From Deltaproteobacteria bacterium (GTDB lineage: Bacteria; Myxococcota_A; Polyangia; Fen-1088), in contig JANRKS010000001.1 of the NCBI GenBank assembly GCA_033763315.1, positions 160,001 to 224,000 on the forward strand: a stretch of 64,000 bases of DNA, read 5' to 3'. The notes under the pieces are model-generated. The model had not been told where the DNA came from. It searched no databases and worked only from the letters and a program-made list of their open reading frames with translations. The number at the start of each line of letters is the position of its first letter. The first letter of the stretch is position 1. The translations under genes were made by a program, and so were the position numbers. Shown piece by piece: positions 39,114-47,468 of the stretch.

Positions 39114-40538
39114 ATGGCGCAAACACGCTCGATAATCGCAGGACCATCAACCATCCTTTCTATCGTGGGCGTTTGGCTCGCCCTGACCCTCGGGGTCGCT
39201 TGCAAAAATGATGACGGAGCTTTGGAGGCCTGCGTGGCGCCTTCATCAGGTTGCCCGTGCACGGACGCGGGCACATGCGAAACAGGTCTGGTGTGCCTTG
39301 CGCAAACGTGCGTTTCCCTTGCAGGCAACGCCGCGGGCTCGGGTGGGCGTGGCGGCGGCAGCGGTGGAGCCGCCGCCGGTGGCGGAGGCTCAGGTCAGGG
39401 CGACGGAGGTGGCGGCGGCATCATCGGCAGCGGAGCCATCGCGGGACAAAGCGGCGGCACGGGTGGTGGGATCGCGGGACAAAGCGGCGGCACGGGTGGT
39501 GGGATCGCGGGGCAAAGCGGCGGCATGGGTGGCGCCATCGTGGTGAGACCGATGAACCGCGACGTCGACATTCTGTTCATGGTGGATAACTCGGGGTCGA
39601 TGAGGGAAGAGCAGGCCAAGCTACGCAAAAGCTTTCCAACGTTGATCGACGCTTTACGCGCGCTTCCGGGCGGTTTGCCCAACCTGCACATCGGCGTCAT
39701 CTCAAGTGACGTTGGCGCGGGCAATGTCTTCATTTCGGGCAACCCGGCCTGCAACCGGCCGGGAGGCGACAGAGGTCAACTGCAAGTGAAGAAGGGCTGC
39801 GGGCTTAACGCGCAGTCCAACTTCCTGATCTCGCTCAATGGCGACACACAGAAGAATTTCTCCGGAAAGCTGGAAGACGTCTTTGCCTGCATCGCCGATC
39901 TAGGTACGTCTGGATGCGGCTTTGAGCATCAATTGCAATCGATACGGGTCGCGCTGGCGGAAACTTTCACGCCTAGCAATGCCGGTTTTCTTCGCAAGGA
40001 TGCACTGTTGGTGATCATTATGGTCACCGACGAGGACGATTGCTCAGGTCCCTCGGTCTCCGATTTTTATACCGACCCTGCCTTCGGGGACGGCCAAACT
40101 GGATCCCTCCGCTGCAACATCGCAGGTCACCTGTGCAATGGTGCTCCACCTCCCAATAACCCATTCATGACGCCGCTGCAGAACTGTGTCGCGGCGCCAC
40201 GCGGTCGACTGATTGATGTGCAGGAACTCACCAGTTTTGTGCTGGGGCTTAAGCGCGCGCCAGAGCAGATCATCGTCTCGGCGATCACGGGCGTGCCCGG
40301 CGATCGGGCGAACGCCACCTATGCCTTCGTTTCATTGATGCAGCCCCAGGGATCGTCTTTGTTAGACGTTGAGCCGGTTTGCAATGCAGGCATCGACGGC
40401 ACAGCCGCGCCCAGCCTTCGCATCGGCGAATTCGTGCAAGCCTTCGGCGCAAACGGCAGCCTTGAAAGCATCTGCGACAAAGACTTCAGCAACGCGTTCA
40501 TCAAGGTGGCCGCGAAAATCGCGCAGCACATTCGGTAG
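39114..40538 (+). CDS. Cys-rich vWA-like lipoprotein
   Basis: Lipobox LGVAC, Cys-rich module, Gly linker, DILFMVDNSGSM, GTSGCGFEHQL, GFLRKDA and TDEDDCS. Confidence 0.85.
   Translation: MAQTRSIIAGPSTILSIVGVWLALTLGVACKNDDGALEACVAPSSGCPCTDAGTCETGLVCLAQTCVSLAGNAAGSGGRGGGSGGAAAGGGGSGQGDGGGGGIIGSGAIAGQSGGTGGGIAGQSGGTGGGIAGQSGGMGGAIVVRPMNRDVDILFMVDNSGSMREEQAKLRKSFPTLIDALRALPGGLPNLHIGVISSDVGAGNVFISGNPACNRPGGDRGQLQVKKGCGLNAQSNFLISLNGDTQKNFSGKLEDVFACIADLGTSGCGFEHQLQSIRVALAETFTPSNAGFLRKDALLVIIMVTDEDDCSGPSVSDFYTDPAFGDGQTGSLRCNIAGHLCNGAPPPNNPFMTPLQNCVAAPRGRLIDVQELTSFVLGLKRAPEQIIVSAITGVPGDRANATYAFVSLMQPQGSSLLDVEPVCNAGIDGTAAPSLRIGEFVQAFGANGSLESICDKDFSNAFIKVAAKIAQHIR
39438..39536 (+). repeat. 33-bp in-frame tandem repeat x3 (IAGQSGGTGGG)
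   Basis: ATCGCGGGACAAAGCGGCGGCACGGGTGGTGGG occurs twice exactly, plus a slightly diverged third copy. Confidence 0.9.
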
Positions 40539-40577
40539 GCCGGGCGAGTGGCGCACACCGTGGCGGCGTCAGTGCGT

Positions 40578-43500
40578 TTACGACGCTGGCGCGATTTCAT
40601 TCATATTGTCGCCCCGGGTGCATTCTGTTTCCATGGCGTTCAATAGCTCGAATAGCCGTTTGTGCGTCGGAAGGTTGAGAAACGCAGACTCCATTTCCGC
40701 ATCGCTCATTTCGCGTATCTTAACCTCCAGAGCCGCGGTGGCCCGTAGGAGCACACGGTGTGCGGCGTCTGTATCGCGCGCGGCAAGCAGGGCCTCTGCA
40801 AGCGCAAGCCGCACATACATTTCGCCTTCTTCCGGCAAGACGCTCAGATCGTCTATCAAGCGGCAGCCCTCATCTGCCAATGACAAGGCTTTGGTCACGT
40901 CATTTTCGAATAGCGCCATCTGTGAGGCCAGACCCAGCGCGTATGATCGGTATGGAGGCACAAGAGATGTGTTTTGAAGAAAGGGAGCGATAAATGGCGT
41001 TGCCGCTTCGGGCCGCTTTCTCATGATCGCGAGGTGCGCCCTGTAGAGCCCCACGCCCAGCTCGATCCACGCCAGCCCTTGGCCTTCAATGCAGCTTGCT
41101 GCTTGTTCCAATGCGCCATCGGCTTCACCAAGGCGACCATCGAAAAGCAGCGATTGGCCAATGTTGGCAAGCGTAATGCCCTCGAAAAACCTTGATCGAA
41201 TTTTGCGCGCGAACACAAGACTATGTTCGAGGTGCAACCGCGCTTGTTCGAGCATGCCGACTTCAAGAAGCAGAGCCGAAAGATTATTGCGGGAATTCGC
41301 CTCCAATAACGTGTTCTCCGCCTTAATGGCCTCGGCAAGCGCCGCTTCGTTGCTTTTTCGCGCCAGCCCCAGCTGCCCTTGTCGACGTTCCACCTTCGCT
41401 TGGGCATTAAGAATCTGGTTCTTCGTCTCATGGCGCAGCACGTTCGATCCCGCATTTTCAGCCTCGAACGCCAGCGCTCGCCCATCGTCGAGCATACCCG
41501 CATCAATGAAACAACCGGCGAGGTCGGCGAACGCAATACAGCGCTCGTTAAAGGCCTCGGCGTCCTGTGGGATGGCCCGTCGCGCTTTGTTTGCCAAAGC
41601 CCACACGTCGTTGTGGTGGATTCGTTCTCCAAGAATTCCTGCACTGCAATCAATCGCTTTGAACCAAGCCGCCGAGCCTTCAGGCAACAGCTTCATTGCC
41701 AACTGAGCTGGCTCCCAAGCCTGCTGCATTTTCCCCAGCCATCGGTAGCATGTGGCTTCCGTCAGTCTCGCCGTGCCCGCTTGTGCTGGCTCTGGATTGT
41801 ATGCGATGGCCTTCTGACAAAAGCAGATCGCACCCTCAAGATCGCCTGCGCTGTAGGCGTGGTCGGCCGCCTTTTGTGCCAAGACGCATGACTTTGGCCA
41901 ATCACAAGCGCGACTATAGTGCTCGAGCAGCACAGCAACGGGAGAAGTCCCTTGCTCCTCCAACCACTGCCCTGCCAGCTTGTGTCCCAAAACGCGATCG
42001 CCGTCTGTCAGGCTTTGGTACGTGGCTTCCCGAATCAGATCATGCTTGAAGACGATGGTGCCAGCGGCGCTGTCCCCCAGTATTTGCTCCTCTGCGAGAA
42101 GGGTGAGCCAATGCTCCAACGTATTCTGATCATCGCTGCCAAGCAAAGGCAGCAAGCCATCCCGATGGAATGTGCGCCCGAATATGCTGGCTGCGCGGAG
42201 CACGCGTCGGGCCGACGCCGGCAAATCATCGAGACGCGCTTGCACTGTCCCCAGCACAGCGTCAGGGATCTGGGTCTTTCCGCGCCGCTTTAGCGTTCGT
42301 GCCAGCTCCTCAATGAAAAAGGGGTTACCCTCGGCGCGCTCCGCTATCCAAGCCGCTGTCTCCGCTCGATCCGTTGCCAGCACCTGGCTTAGGAGCTGTT
42401 CTGACTCGACGCGGTTCAACGGTTCAAGGTTGCATTTATGGATTGACCGATCTTTCCAGATGTCAGGATGAATGTCATTGAGCTCAGCGCGTGCCAAACC
42501 GATGACGAAGCAGCTTTGCCTGCCTGCAGACTGGAACGCGCTGTTCAATAGCTTTACCGACGCATGGTCGGCCCAATGGATGTCGTCAAGGAGCACAACA
42601 ACACAATGATTCGTGCACGCGGCACGGATCATGTCCCCAAAAGCCAAGGCCATTTGTTCCGCCATGAACCTGGGATCACTACGCGCCGATTTTAAGGCGT
42701 TCTCGGAATCGCCGGTCGGCGTGGCTCCGATGAGGTCTGCCAAATACACGCGGCTGCCCTCGTGCTCGTCGCCCTGTTTCGTGAAAAATCTTTCCACCAG
42801 TTCGCGACGATTCTTCCTGGGTGTGTCCTCTTGAACTTGGAAGGCGCTCATGGCGAGCTGTCGAGCGAAACGCAGTGGCGATGCGGTCTGTAGTGCATCT
42901 CCTTGGGCTTGCCAAACCACGAACCGTTCCTTGCGTTGCCTCACAGTCGATAGGAACTCTGCGGCCATGCGGGACTTGCCCACGCCAGCCGGCCCTGTGT
43001 ACACGGCTATCTCAAGTTGATGTCGCTCTACGCTGCGTGCAAATTTCCGCAGCATCGCGGCCATCTCCTCGCGGCGCCCCACAAAACTTCGCTCTGCCTG
43101 CGTCGACACTGGCAGGGGGGTGGCGAATGCGTCGTCGACCAGAAGCCAAGCGTCGCGGTGGCTTCGAACCGCGAAGGTGCGGCTCATGAGTCCCGCCGTC
43201 TCTTCATCCGTGGAAATCTCCCCCGGTCCCGTCGATGAAAGCCGCTGGCTGGTTTCGTCCACCAGTTTGCCGAAAGGCAGCCCTTGCCGGACCACCGTTT
43301 TGCCCAATGAGATAGCAATCGAGGACTTAGGCCAGTGCCTCCTCAAGGTCAACGAGCAACGGGCGGCCTTCACCGCCAGCTCCGGTGCGGTTGCCTTGCC
43401 ACTGCAAGTTAGCAACAGCGTTCCATCGATCAGTTGATTCACCGCAAAACCAAACGCCGTCACACCCTCTTGAACGTGCTTTGGCAGCGAAGCGCTGGCG

Positions 43501-44513
43501 ACAGATGATGTTGGGTGCGCCGAACCTTGTTCTCGTCGGGACATTATGACGGCCACGACTCGTTGCTCATCAAGCGACAGTGAATCAGGGGCTTGGAGCT
43601 CGTTGGCGCGCGCCGTGGCATCGCGGAGTGAGGCCAACGCGGAAGTGGCGCTGGGTGATCGGTGTGCGCGGGCTTTGATGAGTAGCGAGCCAACCAAACG
43701 GCACAGGCTGGTGGAGGCGTGAGGGCAGATCTTCTCAAGTGGCGTTGGCTCGTCCACGCACACCTTGGCAAGGACCGCCATTGACGTTTCCCCGAAGAAG
43801 GGAGCGGTTCCAAACACAGCCTCGTACAGCACGGAACCCAGCGAGAATAGGTCGGAGCGTCCATCGATGTCGGGCAGCCCACGCGCCTGTTCGGGTGACA
43901 TATAGAGCGGGGTGCCGATGGCAAGGCGCTGTCCACCTGCAGGCGCATCGAACAGCCGTTTCACAACGCCAAAGTCTAGAACTTTGATTCGCTCGGGACT
44001 TCCGTCGCACAGAAATATGTTCGCCGGTTTGAGGTCGCGATGAACAATGCCGCGGCCGTGTGCCACGTGAAGCGCCGAGAGAACTTGGCTTGCAAGGCAG
44101 AGAGCTTGATCGCTTGTCAGCTGTTGCTTCAGCAAATAGCTTTGCAGGTCGCAGCCGGCAAGCCACTCCATCGCAAGATAGGGCTCACCCGTTTCAGCCA
44201 GCCCGTGATCAACATAGGCGACGATGTGAGGGTGGCGAAGCTCTCCTAGCGCTTCGATCTCGCGGAGAAACGAGGCGGTGGCCGAAGGGCTTTGAGTCTT
44301 GAGGAGCTTAACCGCCACAGTCTGTGACGTTTGCCGATCAAGCGCGCGCCACACCGTGCCCATGGCCCCTTGTCCGACCCTCTGACCGAGTTCGAACCGC
44401 CCCTTCAGGGTCTGCCCGCCCCGATCTTCCACATGGAGGTCCTCGGCAGTTCTTGACGAACCTTGAACGCCGCCAACGAACGGCCGAATCAGCTGTTGTG
44501 CGACCGTCGACAT
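40578..44513 (-). CDS. Ser/Thr kinase, degenerate cyclase-like domain, AAA/STAND ATPase and TPR multidomain protein
   Basis: Kinase motifs GQGAMG, HRDLKPAN and DFG. Walker A GPAGVGKS, Walker B LLDDIHWAD, AEGNPFFIEEL, and C-terminal helical repeats. Confidence 0.9.
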   Translation of the reverse strand: MSTVAQQLIRPFVGGVQGSSRTAEDLHVEDRGGQTLKGRFELGQRVGQGAMGTVWRALDRQTSQTVAVKLLKTQSPSATASFLREIEALGELRHPHIVAYVDHGLAETGEPYLAMEWLAGCDLQSYLLKQQLTSDQALCLASQVLSALHVAHGRGIVHRDLKPANIFLCDGSPERIKVLDFGVVKRLFDAPAGGQRLAIGTPLYMSPEQARGLPDIDGRSDLFSLGSVLYEAVFGTAPFFGETSMAVLAKVCVDEPTPLEKICPHASTSLCRLVGSLLIKARAHRSPSATSALASLRDATARANELQAPDSLSLDEQRVVAVIMSRREQGSAHPTSSVASASLPKHVQEGVTAFGFAVNQLIDGTLLLTCSGKATAPELAVKAARCSLTLRRHWPKSSIAISLGKTVVRQGLPFGKLVDETSQRLSSTGPGEISTDEETAGLMSRTFAVRSHRDAWLLVDDAFATPLPVSTQAERSFVGRREEMAAMLRKFARSVERHQLEIAVYTGPAGVGKSRMAAEFLSTVRQRKERFVVWQAQGDALQTASPLRFARQLAMSAFQVQEDTPRKNRRELVERFFTKQGDEHEGSRVYLADLIGATPTGDSENALKSARSDPRFMAEQMALAFGDMIRAACTNHCVVVLLDDIHWADHASVKLLNSAFQSAGRQSCFVIGLARAELNDIHPDIWKDRSIHKCNLEPLNRVESEQLLSQVLATDRAETAAWIAERAEGNPFFIEELARTLKRRGKTQIPDAVLGTVQARLDDLPASARRVLRAASIFGRTFHRDGLLPLLGSDDQNTLEHWLTLLAEEQILGDSAAGTIVFKHDLIREATYQSLTDGDRVLGHKLAGQWLEEQGTSPVAVLLEHYSRACDWPKSCVLAQKAADHAYSAGDLEGAICFCQKAIAYNPEPAQAGTARLTEATCYRWLGKMQQAWEPAQLAMKLLPEGSAAWFKAIDCSAGILGERIHHNDVWALANKARRAIPQDAEAFNERCIAFADLAGCFIDAGMLDDGRALAFEAENAGSNVLRHETKNQILNAQAKVERRQGQLGLARKSNEAALAEAIKAENTLLEANSRNNLSALLLEVGMLEQARLHLEHSLVFARKIRSRFFEGITLANIGQSLLFDGRLGEADGALEQAASCIEGQGLAWIELGVGLYRAHLAIMRKRPEAATPFIAPFLQNTSLVPPYRSYALGLASQMALFENDVTKALSLADEGCRLIDDLSVLPEEGEMYVRLALAEALLAARDTDAAHRVLLRATAALEVKIREMSDAEMESAFLNLPTHKRLFELLNAMETECTRGDNMNEIAPAS

Positions 44514-44585
44514 CTGTTGTCGGGTGCACAACACCTCAACAAACACAAAGCCTTGTAAGTGCGTGATTTGTGACGACCGAAGCTG

Positions 44586-44601
44586 TGGCGCGGTCCTTGC
44601 T
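44586..44601 (+). promoter_or_regulatory. Putative sigma-54 (-24/-12) promoter
   Basis: TGGCGC-GGTCC-TTGCT closely matches TGGCAC-N5-TTGCW with correct GG-N10-GC spacing, 20 bp before the CDS at 44622. Confidence 0.7.
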
Positions 44602-44621
44602 GTATCACCAATGGCTGCAGG

Positions 44622-46001
44622 GTGCGGCCAAGGAGGACGGGCAAATTGCGCAATGTATGGGCTTTGGGATTCGGTTTGGCTGTTTGTGGGTCAGCATGCG
44701 GGGCGTCTGATGGTGTGATGTTGATGGGAGATCCAACAACACAAGGCATCAAGTCCACCAACGGCTTAGCAACCGTGAACGGCCTAACGGCCCTCAATGG
44801 TTTGGCAACGAGCAATGGATTGGCGACGTCAAATGGGCTAGCAACGTCGAACGGCCTTGCGACGTCGAACGGCCTCGCCACATCCAATGGCCTCATGACC
44901 ACCACCGGTGGGCGAGCCACTGTTGAGTACATTGCGAAGTGTGCTCTTTCGAGCGGCGACTACTTCGATAAGCAGGACAACTATGGCACTTGGTACCGCT
45001 ATTACGGAGGCTTGGGCATAGGCTCAGGATGGAAGGCGGGAGCTTGTGACACTGGCTGCCAACAGAGGGTCACGGCCTGTCTATTGTCTCACCTGAACAG
45101 CACCGGCAACCGTGTGCCGATTTTCGTCAACGCGGATCCAAATGTGATGCCGTCTGTAGGCATGAGCATGCCGTACGCGTCCGGCAGCGACGCTGCCATG
45201 CAAGAGGGTGTGTTCTTTGGCAACGTCATTGCGCAGAACCCGCCTTTGGCTTTTTACGTCAAGGGCAACGCGTTCAAGGCGAGCGTTCCTGGCAGGTTGG
45301 GCGCAAGCTCCAGCAATCCGTATAGGCCATTCGAAGGATACCGCCCGGACGAGTCTGGCTGGTACTCGGCGCGCGCGGACAAGCTCTGCCAAACCAAAGA
45401 CATAGGGGACGGCGAACACGTTGACTACAGTCAATGCCAAGCATCAGACGCGCCTTATGCTTATTGGACACGTTCGTGGTTGAATGTGATGACGACGTAC
45501 GTGAACAGCAACTACAACGGATCCGTCACGCAAAATTTTGCAGTGAATACCTTCAACTTCGATACCGATACGACGGGCTTTAAGACCTCGTCGCCAGGTG
45601 AAGTCTGGAGCAGGTCGGGCAGCTTCGACTTCTCAAACGGCGTTGCTTGGTCAACATCTGGCAGGCTCGAAGTCGTGGATAACCATGGTGGCCGCCGTCT
45701 TTGCCCTGGCGGCGACCGCGAGCACGTTGTGATCACGAAGAATGGTGGCGAACCCTTCTCATTGACGGCGTTACGCTTGAACCACCGCTTCGATACAGCC
45801 GCTTCGACTGCAACCATCACTGGATATGTGAAGGGATCAAGCATGCGAAAGCAAATGACGGTCACGATTCCGGCCACCACCAACAATGCCAGCACCGCAA
45901 ACGTAGCGCCTACATTCTCGGGTTGGGACAATCTCATCAAAGTGGAGATTCGCGAAGTGGGCAGTATGTTTTGCGTGGACGACATCGGTCTGAAGTCGTA
46001 A
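44622..46001 (+). CDS. Secreted/lipoprotein with xxNGLx hexapeptide repeats and Cys-rich domain
   Basis: Signal with GSAC, eight NGL repeats, a YIAKCAL...GGLGIG..W...CDTGCQQRVTACLLSHLN domain and a beta-rich C-terminus. Confidence 0.8.
   Translation: MRPRRTGKLRNVWALGFGLAVCGSACGASDGVMLMGDPTTQGIKSTNGLATVNGLTALNGLATSNGLATSNGLATSNGLATSNGLATSNGLMTTTGGRATVEYIAKCALSSGDYFDKQDNYGTWYRYYGGLGIGSGWKAGACDTGCQQRVTACLLSHLNSTGNRVPIFVNADPNVMPSVGMSMPYASGSDAAMQEGVFFGNVIAQNPPLAFYVKGNAFKASVPGRLGASSSNPYRPFEGYRPDESGWYSARADKLCQTKDIGDGEHVDYSQCQASDAPYAYWTRSWLNVMTTYVNSNYNGSVTQNFAVNTFNFDTDTTGFKTSSPGEVWSRSGSFDFSNGVAWSTSGRLEVVDNHGGRRLCPGGDREHVVITKNGGEPFSLTALRLNHRFDTAASTATITGYVKGSSMRKQMTVTIPATTNNASTANVAPTFSGWDNLIKVEIREVGSMFCVDDIGLKS
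44754..44897 (+). repeat. 18-bp-period coding repeat, 8 x (T/S/A)xNGL(A/T/M)
   Basis: STNGLA TVNGLT ALNGLA (TSNGLA)x4 TSNGLM. Codons differ synonymously between copies. Confidence 0.9.
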
Positions 46002-46026
46002 GCGAAGCGCAGCAACAACAGCAATG

Positions 46027-46051
46027 AGCCGGCCCTAAGGTCGGCTTTTTT
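46027..46051 (+). terminator. Intrinsic terminator
   Basis: AGCCGGCC-CTAA-GGTCGGCT followed by a T-tract. Confidence 0.8.
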
Positions 46052-46131
46052 GCGTGTTGTATCCCTAGGTGCAGCTTCGCAATAACAATGCGTGAAAACA
46101 CCAGCAGCTTCGGTGGCGTGATGGCAAAAGA

Positions 46132-46163
46132 ATAATCTTGAAGTTATATAACGTAAAGATTAT
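46132..46163. promoter_or_regulatory. 32-bp palindromic operator overlapping the promoter of the ArsR gene
   Basis: ATAATCTT-GAA-GTTATATAAC-GTA-AAGATTAT. It overlaps TTGAAG-N17-TATAGA. Confidence 0.75.
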
Positions 46164-46172
46164 AGATTAACG

Positions 46173-46514
46173 GTGCAGGAAGCTCAAACGTTGGCGCGCA
46201 CTTTTACCGCGCTTGCAGATCCGACCCGCAGGGCAATCCTGGCGCGGCTGGCGCAGGGGGAGGCCACTGTGAACGAACTTGCGGAACCTTTCGCGATTTC
46301 GCAGCCGGCCATCTCGCGCCACATCCGTGTGCTGTTAGACGCAGGGCTCATCACTCAACGCACTGATGGAACCAAACGTCCGTGTCGCCTCGCGCCCGAA
46401 GCGCTGCTTGAGCTCGATCAATACCTGCAGATGCTGCGACGAGCGCTGCAAACCAACTATCGACGCCTGGACCAACTTTTAGCCACACAAACGAAAAAGG
46501 GAGAGAGGCCATGA
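46173..46514 (+). CDS. ArsR/SmtB-family transcriptional regulator
   Basis: FTALADPTRRAILARL...TVNELAEPFAISQPAISRH. Confidence 0.92.
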   Translation: MQEAQTLARTFTALADPTRRAILARLAQGEATVNELAEPFAISQPAISRHIRVLLDAGLITQRTDGTKRPCRLAPEALLELDQYLQMLRRALQTNYRRLDQLLATQTKKGERP

Positions 46515-46990
46515 GCGAATTGGTGCTGACGACTGAAGGCGAAACGCATGTGATCGTGAAGCGAAGGTTTGAAGCCTCGCCTGAGGCGGTGTACCGCGCG
46601 CACACGGATCCGAAGTTGATCCAGCAGTGGTGCCTTGGCCCTGATGGTTGGACGATGCCAGTGTGTGTGAACGAGAATAAACCTGGTGGCAAGATCCGCT
46701 ATGAGTGGACCAACGGCGAGGGCGCCAGCTTTTTCCTTACCGGCGAATTGCTTGAACTAGAGCCCCCGCATCGCATTGTGCACGTTGAACGAATGCACAT
46801 GCCGGATCCAACGCCCGACAACCATGTGACCACAACTTTCGTGGCCGATGGCTCAGGGACACTTATGACCATGCGCATGTCGCTGCCCGACGCTGAAACC
46901 CGCAAAGCAATGCTGGCCACCGGCATGGATCAAGGAATGGAAGCATCGTACCAGCGGCTTGAACGTGTTTCGGGATGGGTGAGGGCCTGA
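46511..46990 (+). CDS. SRPBCC/AHSA1-family protein
   Basis: IVKRRFEASPEAVYRAHTDP...W..GP.GW, ending GMEASYQRLE. Confidence 0.9.
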   Translation: MSELVLTTEGETHVIVKRRFEASPEAVYRAHTDPKLIQQWCLGPDGWTMPVCVNENKPGGKIRYEWTNGEGASFFLTGELLELEPPHRIVHVERMHMPDPTPDNHVTTTFVADGSGTLMTMRMSLPDAETRKAMLATGMDQGMEASYQRLERVSGWVRA

Positions 46991-47406
46991 TGAGCAACGA
47001 GAACGTCCAGCCCACACCCAGGCCCAGTGTCCACGTCAGCATCGATGTGCCGGAGCTTGAGGCGGGTTTGCAGTTTTATGGCGAAGTCTTCGGCTTTGTG
47101 GAAACAGCGCGGCCATTTGCCACCATGGCCGTGCTCGATGCCAACAACGTAACCGTGTGCATGCATGAAAAGCAGGCAGGCAGCAAAAGCTCCGCAGGCG
47201 GCGTCGACCAGCGCCGCTACGAACGCCATTGGACCCCGGTGCACCTTGATCTGCACGTTCATGATTTCGACGACGTGCTGAACCGGGTGCGCTCGCTGGG
47301 CGGATCGATCGAAAATGAGTTTCGCACCCAAGGCCCCAGGCCGGTCGCGTTCTGCAGTGACCCCTTCGGCAATGGTTTCTGCGTGCTGGGTGAGCGAGTG
47401 GGCTAG
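46990..47406 (+). CDS. VOC/glyoxalase-family protein
   Basis: IDVPELEAGLQFY, VHLDL and DPFGNGFC. The start overlaps the upstream stop (TGATG). Confidence 0.9.
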   Translation: MSNENVQPTPRPSVHVSIDVPELEAGLQFYGEVFGFVETARPFATMAVLDANNVTVCMHEKQAGSKSSAGGVDQRRYERHWTPVHLDLHVHDFDDVLNRVRSLGGSIENEFRTQGPRPVAFCSDPFGNGFCVLGERVG

Positions 47407-47468
47407 CGTGTCGTGCGAGAGCCCTCACTCTCTTTCGCGAACGCGCCCGCCATCAACCAGGTGCGCTG

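Noticed and set aside
39438-39536. 33-bp repeats as a CRISPR array
   Set aside because: The repeats abut with no spacers, are in frame in a Gly-rich linker, and no cas genes are present.
44754-44897. 18-bp periodic repeat as a non-coding or CRISPR element
   Set aside because: Variation is synonymous within an ORF, so it is a protein repeat.
39000-46060. Genomic island between the ftsZ terminator and the ArsR operon
   Set aside because: Codon usage looks somewhat different by eye, but there is no integrase, tRNA or flanking direct repeat, and I could not compute composition.
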